Below, one piece after another: positions 36,395-46,137 of a stretch of DNA of 64,000 nucleotides (position 1 is the stretch's first letter; each line of letters opens with the position of its first letter). Source of the DNA: an uncultured Bacillota bacterium (GTDB lineage Bacteria > Bacillota_I > Bacilli_A > RF39 > UBA660). Location of the stretch: NCBI GenBank assembly GCA_946622285.1, contig CAMOPK010000001.1, forward strand, positions 41,343 through 105,342, in the 5' to 3' direction. The position numbers and the translations under genes are program-made. The notes beneath the pieces were generated by a model, which saw only the letters and a program-made list of their open reading frames with translations, was not told the DNA's origin and searched no databases.

Positions 36395-37636
36395 TTAATA
36401 ACCAATGATTTTTAAATTTGTTGGTGTTACTTTTTCAACATTTTCATTTTTAACAACTACTGTATTTGGATTACCATCTGAGATATATCTTCTTGTTTCA
36501 AGATATTTAAAATTATAGGTTATATCAAAATCATTACCATCATTATCATAAGCACGAATTCTTTTAACAAATTGAGGATTAAAGCTTTCTGAAAATGGTG
36601 AGTAATCACTTTCCCAACCTACTCTTAAAGTGCAATCTGTTTGATATGACTCACCCTCATAAGTTCCAGATAAAACATGTTTAAAATTTGCATGTGTTGA
36701 TTTATATGGTGTTCCATATGGTAAAGCTACAATATTAACAAATTTATTTGTTTTACTCTTTAATAATTTATACATTCTGCCTACTTCTTTAATTGTTTCT
36801 TCTTCAGTAGTTGTTGTTAAATCAGCATGTGAATATGTGTGATTTCCTATATCGTATCCATTTTTAATCATCCAATCAATTATTTTATCGTTGTATTCTT
36901 TTTGATTAAATAAACCACCATTTAAGAAGAATGTTGCTGTCACTTTAAAATCAGGGTATTTTTTCTTAAAACTTTCTAAAATTCCAACTGCACTATGTGG
37001 ATCTATTATAATATTTCCTTTTTCATCTAAACCAGTTACTTTTATGCTGTTACTTAAACCATCATCAAATGTGAGAACAATTGGGCTTTTTCCAAGCTCA
37101 CAATCGATTTTACCATTAATATAGTCTGCTAGTCTTATCATTCTGTAACCGCTTTTATAATAGAATTCTAAATCATTTATAAATGCTTCATATGTTCTTT
37201 GATATCCATCTTTATCAACATTTCCACCTGTATATGATGTTTCTTCACTTTTTTTATCAATTATTCCATGATACATCATTACTGGAATACGACCTAGTTC
37301 ATTTACATTATTATCACTGTAAACTTGATAATTTATTCCTTTTGAAATAACAATTTCAATTTTTTCATTGTCCTTTAATTCTGAATTTTTCTCTTTATTT
37401 TGTTTAATTATTTCATCTTTTTCAAAATCAATATTATATTCATAACTTATATCAACTTTACAGTTATTTAGTTTACAGAATTCAATTGCATCTTCTTTTT
37501 TTAGTCCAACAAAAAGTGGCATTAATACTTTTTCTTTTTTAGGTATTATTAAAATGACTATTATTATAAATATTAATAGTCCGAGTCCAATTAAAAAAAT
37601 TTTAGCTTCTTTTTTTAGATGTCTTTTCTTTTTCAT
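36395..37636 (-). CDS. Polysaccharide deacetylase (NodB-domain) family protein, membrane anchored
   Basis: NodB motifs TFDDG and HTYSHADL; N-terminal TM. Confidence 0.8.
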   Translation of the reverse strand: MKKKRHLKKEAKIFLIGLGLLIFIIIVILIIPKKEKVLMPLFVGLKKEDAIEFCKLNNCKVDISYEYNIDFEKDEIIKQNKEKNSELKDNEKIEIVISKGINYQVYSDNNVNELGRIPVMMYHGIIDKKSEETSYTGGNVDKDGYQRTYEAFINDLEFYYKSGYRMIRLADYINGKIDCELGKSPIVLTFDDGLSNSIKVTGLDEKGNIIIDPHSAVGILESFKKKYPDFKVTATFFLNGGLFNQKEYNDKIIDWMIKNGYDIGNHTYSHADLTTTTEEETIKEVGRMYKLLKSKTNKFVNIVALPYGTPYKSTHANFKHVLSGTYEGESYQTDCTLRVGWESDYSPFSESFNPQFVKRIRAYDNDGNDFDITYNFKYLETRRYISDGNPNTVVVKNENVEKVTPTNLKIIGY

Positions 37637-37687
37637 ATAATCCTCTATTATAAGTATATCATAAAAAAATAGCTGTTAAGCTATTTT

Positions 37688-40216
37688 TTATTTTAATAAT
37701 TCTTCAAGTTTTTTCTTTTCTTCTTCTAGTTTTTGTTTATCCATTTCAACAATCTTAGTAGGAGCTTTATTTACATAATTTTCATTTGCTAAGAGTTTTT
37801 CTCTTCTCTCAATTGAAGCTTGTAATAATTTGATTTGTGCTTCTTTTGCCATTTTATCAGCTTCCGTTTCAACTTTTTCAAAGAAGATAGTTGCTTTTAT
37901 TTTCTTAGAAAATACATTATAAGCTTTAATTCCAAGTGGCTTTTTAACAAGATTTTCATCAAGTTTTAACATTTTTACAATTAAATCATTGTCATCACTT
38001 GTATCAAACATTACTTTTGCTTCTTTTGTAATGTTATTTTCAGCTTTAATATTTCTAAATTTCTTAATAAATTCAATTGCATCATCTGTTGCTTCTTCTT
38101 CAACTTCAAATATCAATTTTTTATCATATTTTGGATAACTAGAAATTATTATATCTTCGGCATCTTTAACTGGTAACATAGAGTATATTTCATCTGTTAC
38201 ATAAGGCATAAATGGTTGAAGAAGTTTTAAAATTCCTGTTAAGATAAAGCATAATGTTGATTTAGTGCTTTCTTCTTCAATTGAGTATTTAGCCATTTCA
38301 ATATAGTAATCACAGAAATAATTCCATGTGAATTCATAAATAGATGCTCCGGCATTATTAAATTCATATTTATCCATGAATCTCTTTGTTTCATGTAAAG
38401 TTTTTTCAAATTTTGTAATAATCCATTTATCTTCTGGTTTTAAGTTTTCTAATTTTATTTCTTTTAAACCTTCAATATTAGTTAGTACGAATCTTGAAGC
38501 ATTCCATATTTTATTGATATAATTCCAAGCAGCTTTTACTTTTTCTTCATCGAAACGCATATCTGTTCCTGGAGCTACATCTGTTGCAAGATAGTATCTT
38601 AAAGCATCTGCTCCATATAAGTTAACCATATCAAATGGATCAATACCATTACCTAAGCTCTTAGAGAATTTTCTTCCTTCTTTATCACGAATAAGTCCAT
38701 GAATGAAGCAGTGTTCAAATGGTCTTGCACCTAGAATATGTTCTCCTTGGAATGTCATACGATTAACCCAGAATGGAATAATATCGTATGCTGTTACTAA
38801 ACATGAGTTTGGATAGTATTTCTCAAGTAAATCAGTTTTATGTGGCCAACCTAAGGTTGCAAATGGCCATAGTGCACTTGAAAACCAAGTATCAAGTACA
38901 TCTGGATCTTGTACCCAACCATCACCAATAGGTGCTTCCATACCTACATATATTTCGTCTCCTTTATACCAAGCCGGAATACGATGACCCCACCATAATT
39001 GACGAGATATACACCAGTCATAAGTAATTTCCATCCAGTGATTCATTGTTTTTTCATAACGTGGTGGAACAAAGTTAACTTTTTCGTTTTTCTTCTTTTG
39101 AATTTCTAATACATGATCAGCAAGTGGGCGCATTTTTACAAACCATTGCTTTTTAATCATTGGTTCTACCATTACACCTGTTCTTTCACTATGTCCTACT
39201 TCGTGAACAATTGGTTCTACTTTTAATAATAGGCCTTGTTTTTCCAAATCTTTTAAGACTGCTTCACGGCATTCTTCACGAGTCATACCAGTATAACCTG
39301 GTGCATTTTCATTCATTGTTGCATCATCATTCATAATAACAATACGTTCAAGATTATGACGATTTCCTACTTCAAAGTCGTTAGGGTCATGTGCAGGTGT
39401 TATTTTAACAGCACCTGTTCCCTTAGTCATATCAGCATGTTCGTCAGTGATAACTGGTATTTTTTTACCTACTAAAGGTAATATTACATTTTTACCAACG
39501 AACTTTTTATAACGTTTATCTTCTTCGTTTACAGCAACAGCAGTATCTCCAAATAAAGTTTCAGGACGAGTTGTTGCAACATCAATATATTCTTCACTAT
39601 CTTCTAGTTTATATTTAAGGTGATAAAATGCACTTTTTTCTTCTGCATAGATAACTTCTTCGTTAGATAAAGCTGTTCTTGCAGCTGGATCCCAGTTAAT
39701 TATTTTTTCACCACGATAAATTAAACCCTCATTATAGTAGTCAACGAATACCTTTTTAACAGCCTCAGATAATCCTTCATCAAGCGTAAATCTTTCTTTA
39801 GAGTAATCCATAGATACACCTAGAATAGCCCATTGTTTTCTTATAATGTCACCATGTTCATGAGTCCAATCCCAACAAGCTTCTAAGAATTTCTCACGCC
39901 CATATTCATATTTATTAATTCCTTTATCTTTTAGTCTTTTTACAACTTTTGCTTCAGTTGCGATTGCAGCATGATCCATTCCTGGAAGCCAAAAAGTATC
40001 ATATCCTTCCATTTTCTTATAACGAATCATAATATCCTGTAAAGCTGCATCCCAAGCATGACCAAGATGTAAAACTCCTGTTACATTTGGTGGTGGCAAA
40101 ACTATACAATATGGTTTTTTCTTACTATTTGGTTCACATTTAAAATAGTCTTTTTTTAGCCATTTTTCATATTTCCCTTTTTCAACTAACTCGTGATCAT
40201 ATTTCTTTTCTAACAT
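37688..40216 (-). CDS. valS: Valine--tRNA ligase
   Basis: Class I HIGH (LHLGHAWD) and KMSKS (KFSKS) motifs; C-terminal coiled coil. True start MLEKKYDHEL at 40216; the track's 21-residue N-terminal extension is the T-box terminator read as protein. Confidence 0.95.
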   Translation of the reverse strand: MLEKKYDHELVEKGKYEKWLKKDYFKCEPNSKKKPYCIVLPPPNVTGVLHLGHAWDAALQDIMIRYKKMEGYDTFWLPGMDHAAIATEAKVVKRLKDKGINKYEYGREKFLEACWDWTHEHGDIIRKQWAILGVSMDYSKERFTLDEGLSEAVKKVFVDYYNEGLIYRGEKIINWDPAARTALSNEEVIYAEEKSAFYHLKYKLEDSEEYIDVATTRPETLFGDTAVAVNEEDKRYKKFVGKNVILPLVGKKIPVITDEHADMTKGTGAVKITPAHDPNDFEVGNRHNLERIVIMNDDATMNENAPGYTGMTREECREAVLKDLEKQGLLLKVEPIVHEVGHSERTGVMVEPMIKKQWFVKMRPLADHVLEIQKKKNEKVNFVPPRYEKTMNHWMEITYDWCISRQLWWGHRIPAWYKGDEIYVGMEAPIGDGWVQDPDVLDTWFSSALWPFATLGWPHKTDLLEKYYPNSCLVTAYDIIPFWVNRMTFQGEHILGARPFEHCFIHGLIRDKEGRKFSKSLGNGIDPFDMVNLYGADALRYYLATDVAPGTDMRFDEEKVKAAWNYINKIWNASRFVLTNIEGLKEIKLENLKPEDKWIITKFEKTLHETKRFMDKYEFNNAGASIYEFTWNYFCDYYIEMAKYSIEEESTKSTLCFILTGILKLLQPFMPYVTDEIYSMLPVKDAEDIIISSYPKYDKKLIFEVEEEATDDAIEFIKKFRNIKAENNITKEAKVMFDTSDDNDLIVKMLKLDENLVKKPLGIKAYNVFSKKIKATIFFEKVETEADKMAKEAQIKLLQASIERREKLLANENYVNKAPTKIVEMDKQKLEEEKKKLEELLK

Positions 40217-40465
40217 AATATCAACCCTTTCTAAACAAAAAAACATTTCATCCAAAGGACGAAATGTTCGTGGTACCACCTTAATTTATAGTATTGCTAC
40301 TATCTCAAAGTCTTAATGCGACTAACAATATATCTTACTCTTAGTTCTGACATATAACTCCCAAGCTACCTTCAAATAGGTTTCACTAATGAATGCTTTC
40401 AGTCGGTGACATTCAATTCCTAATAGTTACTAACTACTTTACTCCTCTTGTTCTTCGTTTTTTTA
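40217..40465 (-). promoter_or_regulatory. T-box riboswitch leader of valS (specifier GUC, T-box AAGGUGGUACCACG, terminator AACAUUUC...GAAAUGUU + U7), with consensus promoter TTGACA-N16-TATAAT upstream
   Basis: Own reverse complement: ...AATGTCACC (Val GUC specifier) ... AATTAAGGTGGTACCACGAACATTTCGTCCTTTGGATGAAATGTTTTTTTG. Confidence 0.8.
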
Positions 40466-40504
40466 TAATTATAATCATTTAAATAATTTTGTCAATACAT
40501 AAAA

Positions 40505-40581
40505 TGGCGCCTCAAGTAGGACTCGAACCTACGACCCCTTGATTAACAGTCAAGTGCTCTAACCGACTGAGCTATTGAGGC
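40505..40581 (-). tRNA. tRNA-Asn (anticodon GTT)
   Basis: Folded by hand: acceptor GCCTCAA/TTGAGGC, D arm GCTC..GAGC, anticodon loop CTGTTAA, T arm GTAGG-TTCGAGT-CCTAC, encoded CCA; 77 nt. Confidence 0.9.
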
Positions 40582-40612
40582 CCTAAAGATAGTATAACAC
40601 TTTTTTTAAATT

Positions 40613-41158
40613 TTACAATAACATTTCTTTTATAGCTAACCAATCTTTAGCTCTTTCAATACCCATTTTTTCTAATTCTTCATCACTTATTGCTTCATTA
40701 TGATATGCAGTAAAAAGAATTTTTCTTTTGGCATTTTTTAAATTATCAGTTCTATCATCTATTTTAATATCAGTTTGTAATAATGCTTTATTAGATAAAA
40801 ATATATATTGACTTGGTTTAATAAATGGAAATTCTTTTACTAAAAATTCATGTTTTTGTTTTAATATATATCCACATTCTTCTGGTATTTCACGATATAT
40901 ATATGATGTTCCTATATATAAATCATATTTCTTAGACAATTCTTCTATTACTTCTTTTGCATTTGGTGCTATATGGCAATATTCATAAATGTTTTTATCT
41001 TTAAACCATTTAAAGAATGCTTCTTTATCTGGAAGAATATCTTGCATATAAAAATTCTTGAAATCACTTTCCACATAGTTTGTTCCCATATATTCATTCA
41101 AGAGGGCTATAAAGCCCCCTTGAACCATTACATCATCCATATCAATCATTAATGTCAT
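40613..41158 (-). CDS. 5'(3')-deoxyribonucleotidase (NT5C/YorS-like HAD phosphatase)
   Basis: HAD motif I IDMDDVMV and C-terminal KIDDRTDNL, typical of the NT5C family. Start ATG overlaps the upstream stop (ATGA). Confidence 0.7.
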   Translation of the reverse strand: MTLMIDMDDVMVQGGFIALLNEYMGTNYVESDFKNFYMQDILPDKEAFFKWFKDKNIYEYCHIAPNAKEVIEELSKKYDLYIGTSYIYREIPEECGYILKQKHEFLVKEFPFIKPSQYIFLSNKALLQTDIKIDDRTDNLKNAKRKILFTAYHNEAISDEELEKMGIERAKDWLAIKEMLL

Positions 41159-44100
41159 TTTTTATCACCAATAACCTTATTTGGTCCTCTCGGAACCAAT
41201 CTTCTTTGATATACAGGTTGAGGGTTAGGATTACCTTCACCAAAAATTGTTGCTTCTTCAGTCATGCAACTTTGAATAAAAGATTCTAGTCCCATTTCTC
41301 TTACTACTGGATTTTGAATTTGATATTGGTCTAAGAATTCTGTTCCAATAGTTTCTATAACTATTCTTCCATCTTCCAAATATTTTTCAACAACAAATAG
41401 TGGTTGACTACTATAGCCTAAGTTTTGTTCAAACCCACTTTGTCCAGATCCTGAACCTGTAATTGTAATTAAAGTATTATTAATTACAGAGGTTTCAAAT
41501 ATATGATAATGAGCTGCTATTACTTTATCAATTCTTGGCAAGTTTGGTGCCATTCTATTCAACCATTTTGAAGCACCTATAGTTGGAGATGACCCTCCAC
41601 CTTTAAAACTATGTGAATAGATATTATTATAACCATTTATTGTTCTAAAACAATATGGTGCATTAACAAAGTCCCCCTTACCGTTTACCAAAAATTCAGT
41701 TAATGTTAAATCAATGTCACTACCTGTAACAGCTTTTAAAGTATCTAACTCTTGCCTTAAAAGTTCAATTTCATCAAAACCTTTATGGTCCCAATCACTG
41801 TTTTCTTCGTGATTTCCTCTTAACAAATCAGTAAACTCAAGATTGACAATTTTTGTTAATTTGCTTCTTATTTCAGTTTCATATGGTTTTAACGCAGGTG
41901 GTAATTTTAAATCAACTTTCTTATAATCAATACCTCTTTTAACACGTTCAATGCTTCCATATAAACCTTCTGATTGTTCTATTAAACCTGTTTGAGCCAA
42001 ATGTGTAATTATTTCTTGTGAAGTTCTACAATCTATTCTTTCGGTCCTAAACCCATCTCTTACTACTCCAAATCCATTTCTCATGTATGGTCTTAGTAAT
42101 TTATTATGGCTTACCATTTGTTGTGTCATAGCTGCAGCTCCAATATGTCTTGCTTCATTTGGATACTTTCCATAGTTATGTCCTTGTTGTAAATCACCAT
42201 TAAAAATTATACCAGTTGGATTGCATTCATAGAATAAATAATCTAAAAATTTAACAACATATTCTGGTCTTTCTGCTAATGAACCAATATGCAAATCATT
42301 TAAATGCCCAATAGTTTTCTGTTCGTATCCTTTGCCAGTTCTTTGGACTTCATCCATTACTTCTCTTACTCGTTTATAATATGGAATAATCTCCATTCTT
42401 TCACGAATATCACCCGTAATCATCCAACCACCAGGATAATTTGGTCTTGCTGTTACTTGAGTAACTCTTTTATATGTTGGATCTTGAAGGACATGTTCTT
42501 TAATACCTGCAAGTAATTCAGGATGTTCCATATATTTACTATCATCAATCATAGATGGAACATTCATTGTAAGTTCATCGCCTTCATAAGCAATAGACAT
42601 AAATGGTTGTTTTGCATCTACAAATAATCTTGGAATACCAGTCACTTTGGCTTGTTCTACAACGTTAGATTGGTATAATCTTAAGTTTTTCATAACGTTA
42701 GATCTACCTTTTGATGAGCGCCCATTTGAAGCAATTAAGTTAACTGCTATTGTTGAATCATCTTGCCCATATTGATGAATGTCAGAATATAATACTCTGA
42801 AGGCTGGATTATCTTTTAAAAATTCTGGTTTAAGTCTAACATCATCACCTAATGGTAATCCTTCTTTATATCTCTTTATTGCATGTAATACTCTTGATAC
42901 ATTTGTTTTTGTTTCATCATCTGTATATAATCCAGCAAGGTCTTCACCACTACGAATCATATAAGGAATTAATTCTTGAATAATGATTGGACGTACCCAG
43001 TCAAATTTACTCTTCAAATCTTCTCTTTTTAAGAAGTCGTTTCCTTTTACGCCTTGTTCTCTTATATAAATTTTAAATATATCTTGGTATAATTGAAATT
43101 CTTCATCACCCATTTGATAAATAACTTTAATACCTGCTTCATTTAATTTATCAACTACTCTTCTAGCTGCTTGAAGACGTGATGCGATAGTTTCGTATGT
43201 TGGATCTGTTAACAATCTTCTTGATGTTTGGTTATGATAATAAGTTGAATAAATTAAACCTTGAATATAAACTGTATCAACTTTATTAGCAATTGCCATA
43301 TCAATCATATTATTAGTATCTACTTCACTATGATAGATATTACCAAAATTAGCTCCTGCCATGAACATCAATAATGGATATCCTTGACGTGCTTCAATTG
43401 GTGAAAGATTCTTTAGTTCACGCCTATTACTTCTTTCTTCAGCAATGAAAGATGCTCCAATACTATCAAGAGTTTTAACGTCCAAGGTTGCTGTACTATT
43501 GGTAACGAAATAACTCCTATTACGCGGATTATTTCGATATAACATAATATAATCTTGAACATATTTTTTAAGAAGTGGATATGCTTCTTTTACTTGATTC
43601 ATATGTGGAATAAATGCCAAATCAATTGCAAATTGATTCTCTTTTAAAGAATCTGATATAAATCCAGCTCTTGTTAAAATTTCTTCTAATTTTTTAACAC
43701 CTTTTTTAGTGCTAATATCTATTCCAGATACAAATTTAACATAACTTCCTTTAGCCGGAAATAGACTTTTATATCCCGAGAATATTGCATCGTTAGCAAG
43801 TATGTGATGCTCACCATTTTTCTTAATATCTTCAGTTAAATAATAAAGTAAGTCATGAAAATTTTTACCTCTAGAAAGATATGCAGTAATATGTGAAACT
43901 AATTTTGTAAATACTTCATATTCTCTTTTATCTAATTTATCTTTTACATGCTTAGTTAATAATAGTGCATGTGCAACTGGATCGTACGTCTCATTTTCAG
44001 CATATCTTCTAATCTTGGCCAAATTGAACTCATCTGTTAATAATTGTTCAACCTGAGCATCTGTAATAAATGACTTTTCAATTTCACGATCAATATCTTC

Positions 44101-44622
44101 TTTTCTTTGTTTATATAATAATTTTAACTGTTCTTTTTTTTCTTTTGCATCAAGTTCACTAAAATCTTTATTTTTCGATAAAACTCTTTCAATATATGAA
44201 TCATATAGTGAAGGCCTTAATGCTTGTATTATGTCTGCTCTAGAGAGTCCGAATAATTTAGTTATATATTCTTCTTTGGTAGCACATGCTTTCATCAACA
44301 ATGTATTAAAAATAGCATTTTCAACATTAGCATGTTTACGATCAAAGAATAAAATATATGGTTTAGAAGTACAAACTCTTTCTGCCATACCAGCTAAAGA
44401 TGCTGTAACATAAAAACCTCCTACATGACCAATCATCATAGGTGCTTTACCATATGAATATTTGCTTTCAAATTCTTCTGCTACTTCAGTAAAGTCATCT
44501 GACGAACAAAGCTTTACTCGTTCACTTTTAGAAATTTCAGAATCAAAAGACATTTCTTGATTGTCCATGTAAGAGATAAAATGAGTTTCTCTAAATCTTT
44601 TTAAATCTTGACTTCTTGCCAT
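41155..44622 (-). CDS. Large cytoplasmic protein (1155 aa): ~750-aa N-terminal region of unknown function + C-terminal calcineurin-like metallophosphoesterase domain
   Basis: MPE motifs GHLNDLHIG (D-x-H), FNGDLQQGHNY (GDxx), LLRGNHEE (GNHE) and AAHYHIF in the last ~380 aa. No TM, no P-loop. Structured 5' UTR with promoter TTGAAA-N16-TACAAT and RBS GGGGGGAG. Confidence 0.5.
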   Translation of the reverse strand: MARSQDLKRFRETHFISYMDNQEMSFDSEISKSERVKLCSSDDFTEVAEEFESKYSYGKAPMMIGHVGGFYVTASLAGMAERVCTSKPYILFFDRKHANVENAIFNTLLMKACATKEEYITKLFGLSRADIIQALRPSLYDSYIERVLSKNKDFSELDAKEKKEQLKLLYKQRKEDIDREIEKSFITDAQVEQLLTDEFNLAKIRRYAENETYDPVAHALLLTKHVKDKLDKREYEVFTKLVSHITAYLSRGKNFHDLLYYLTEDIKKNGEHHILANDAIFSGYKSLFPAKGSYVKFVSGIDISTKKGVKKLEEILTRAGFISDSLKENQFAIDLAFIPHMNQVKEAYPLLKKYVQDYIMLYRNNPRNRSYFVTNSTATLDVKTLDSIGASFIAEERSNRRELKNLSPIEARQGYPLLMFMAGANFGNIYHSEVDTNNMIDMAIANKVDTVYIQGLIYSTYYHNQTSRRLLTDPTYETIASRLQAARRVVDKLNEAGIKVIYQMGDEEFQLYQDIFKIYIREQGVKGNDFLKREDLKSKFDWVRPIIIQELIPYMIRSGEDLAGLYTDDETKTNVSRVLHAIKRYKEGLPLGDDVRLKPEFLKDNPAFRVLYSDIHQYGQDDSTIAVNLIASNGRSSKGRSNVMKNLRLYQSNVVEQAKVTGIPRLFVDAKQPFMSIAYEGDELTMNVPSMIDDSKYMEHPELLAGIKEHVLQDPTYKRVTQVTARPNYPGGWMITGDIRERMEIIPYYKRVREVMDEVQRTGKGYEQKTIGHLNDLHIGSLAERPEYVVKFLDYLFYECNPTGIIFNGDLQQGHNYGKYPNEARHIGAAAMTQQMVSHNKLLRPYMRNGFGVVRDGFRTERIDCRTSQEIITHLAQTGLIEQSEGLYGSIERVKRGIDYKKVDLKLPPALKPYETEIRSKLTKIVNLEFTDLLRGNHEENSDWDHKGFDEIELLRQELDTLKAVTGSDIDLTLTEFLVNGKGDFVNAPYCFRTINGYNNIYSHSFKGGGSSPTIGASKWLNRMAPNLPRIDKVIAAHYHIFETSVINNTLITITGSGSGQSGFEQNLGYSSQPLFVVEKYLEDGRIVIETIGTEFLDQYQIQNPVVREMGLESFIQSCMTEEATIFGEGNPNPQPVYQRRLVPRGPNKVIGDKK

Positions 44623-44767
44623 ATTTTCTCCCCCCTAGAATTGACTTTGTGTCCTAATACAAAATAATTGATTAAGTAATAATAGAGCACCACTCTCTAC
44701 CATTATCTTAAACTCTATTATCATTGTATCATTTTTACTCAATATTTCAAACAATTTTAAGCAAAAT

Positions 44768-44796
44768 TAAAAAAAATATAGCATTTGCTATATTTT
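44768..44796 (-). terminator. Rho-independent terminator (AATATAGCA-TT-TGCTATATT + T8) after the VanY-like gene
   Basis: 9-bp stem at 44775-44794. Confidence 0.55.
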
Positions 44797-44799
44797 TTA

Positions 44800-46101
44800 C
44801 TAAGCATTGATATCATAGATACCTAAATATTCTTCTAATGTTATATTTTTTGTCATTATTTCAGTTGCTATTTCAACACCAACATAGCGAACATGCCACG
44901 GTTCATAACCATATCCAGTAATAGCTTCTTTATACTGTGGATATCTGATTATAAAACCGTATTTATGAGCGTTTTCTCTTAACCAAATACCTTCTGGCAT
45001 GACACCTAATTTAACAGAACAAAGTCCAATATCAAATGCAAGTCCTGTTTGATGTTCTGAGTGACCAGGTCTAGCAGATCTTTTATCAGCAAATTCTTGT
45101 CCTTTATTTGTTTTATATCGATTATATAAGGCATCTTGAGTTGAATAACTACGATATGCCGATTTAGTTGGCAAACTATGTCCTTCTTTTTTTGCATCTG
45201 CTTGCAATTTTTCAAGTGCTGCTTTAGCTTCAGTACTATCGACTTGGAAATTTTTAGGAATTGCATATTTTTTATTAACAATCAAAATATCTTTAATATA
45301 AGTTGGTCCTGAAACAATTTCAGTATAACCTTTATTTAGATCATCTTGATTATATACTTTTATTTTTCTTATTGCTGTAGCTTCATTTCCAGCATTATCC
45401 TTTACTTTATATGTTACTTCAAATACTTGATGTTTACTTGTATCAACATTTGAAATAACTTCAATTTTAGAAGTAATATCACCATCACAGTTATCGGTAG
45501 CTTTGGCCCCAAATTCTTTATATGTTGAATTTAGTTCAAATGTCAAAATATCAGAATTAACTAATGTTATTTCAGGTTTAGTACTATCCTTACTATCAAG
45601 TATTCTTACAACTTCTTTCTTGTTGCCACTTTTATCTTTAACTGAGTAAATGATTTTATCACTTTTTTTAGTAACAACTACATCTTTGGTCAAATCACCA
45701 TCAACGTTATCAATTGCAGTATATCCTTCTTCAGTATATTCTTTTCCACATGTACTCACCTTAGAATCCCCTTTAAGTGTTATTTCAGGAGATATTAAAT
45801 CAGCAACTATAACTGTTCTAGTAGCTTTCCTTGTTGAATTTCCATGCTTTATTTCATAGGTTATTTTATATTCACCTAATTTGTTAGTATCAACTTTATT
45901 AGTCACTTTTATTTCTTTGGTTAAATCTTCTTTTAAATATGAAGCTTTAGCTCCTTGATCATTATATTTTTCCCCAATTGAAATTTTAATTGTTGCATTA
46001 CCATTTAATTTAAGTTTCAAAAATGGATTATATATTATAATGGTTGCTGCTATTAAAACTATTTCAAGTATTATTGTAATAATAAGTGGTTTTGTTTTCA
46101 T
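44800..46101 (-). CDS. Membrane-anchored D-Ala-D-Ala carboxypeptidase (peptidase M15/VanY family) with Ig-like stalk domains
   Basis: M15 motifs SEHQTGLAFDIG and EPWHVRY; N-terminal TM; Ig-like repeats as in the C39-like proteins. Start at MKTKPL (RBS GGGTGAGGGT). Confidence 0.7.
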   Translation of the reverse strand: MKTKPLIITIILEIVLIAATIIIYNPFLKLKLNGNATIKISIGEKYNDQGAKASYLKEDLTKEIKVTNKVDTNKLGEYKITYEIKHGNSTRKATRTVIVADLISPEITLKGDSKVSTCGKEYTEEGYTAIDNVDGDLTKDVVVTKKSDKIIYSVKDKSGNKKEVVRILDSKDSTKPEITLVNSDILTFELNSTYKEFGAKATDNCDGDITSKIEVISNVDTSKHQVFEVTYKVKDNAGNEATAIRKIKVYNQDDLNKGYTEIVSGPTYIKDILIVNKKYAIPKNFQVDSTEAKAALEKLQADAKKEGHSLPTKSAYRSYSTQDALYNRYKTNKGQEFADKRSARPGHSEHQTGLAFDIGLCSVKLGVMPEGIWLRENAHKYGFIIRYPQYKEAITGYGYEPWHVRYVGVEIATEIMTKNITLEEYLGIYDINA

Positions 46102-46137
46102 ACCCTCACCCATAGATATTATAACACAAAAAAATAC

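Noticed and set aside
40217-40279. N-terminal 21-aa extension of ValRS (MVPRTFRPLDEMFFCLERVDI) and the equivalent 22-aa extension of ThrRS (61797..61862)
   Set aside because: These stretches encode the conserved T-box sequence and the terminator hairpin of the leader RNAs. The proteins start at the downstream Met, which has a proper RBS.
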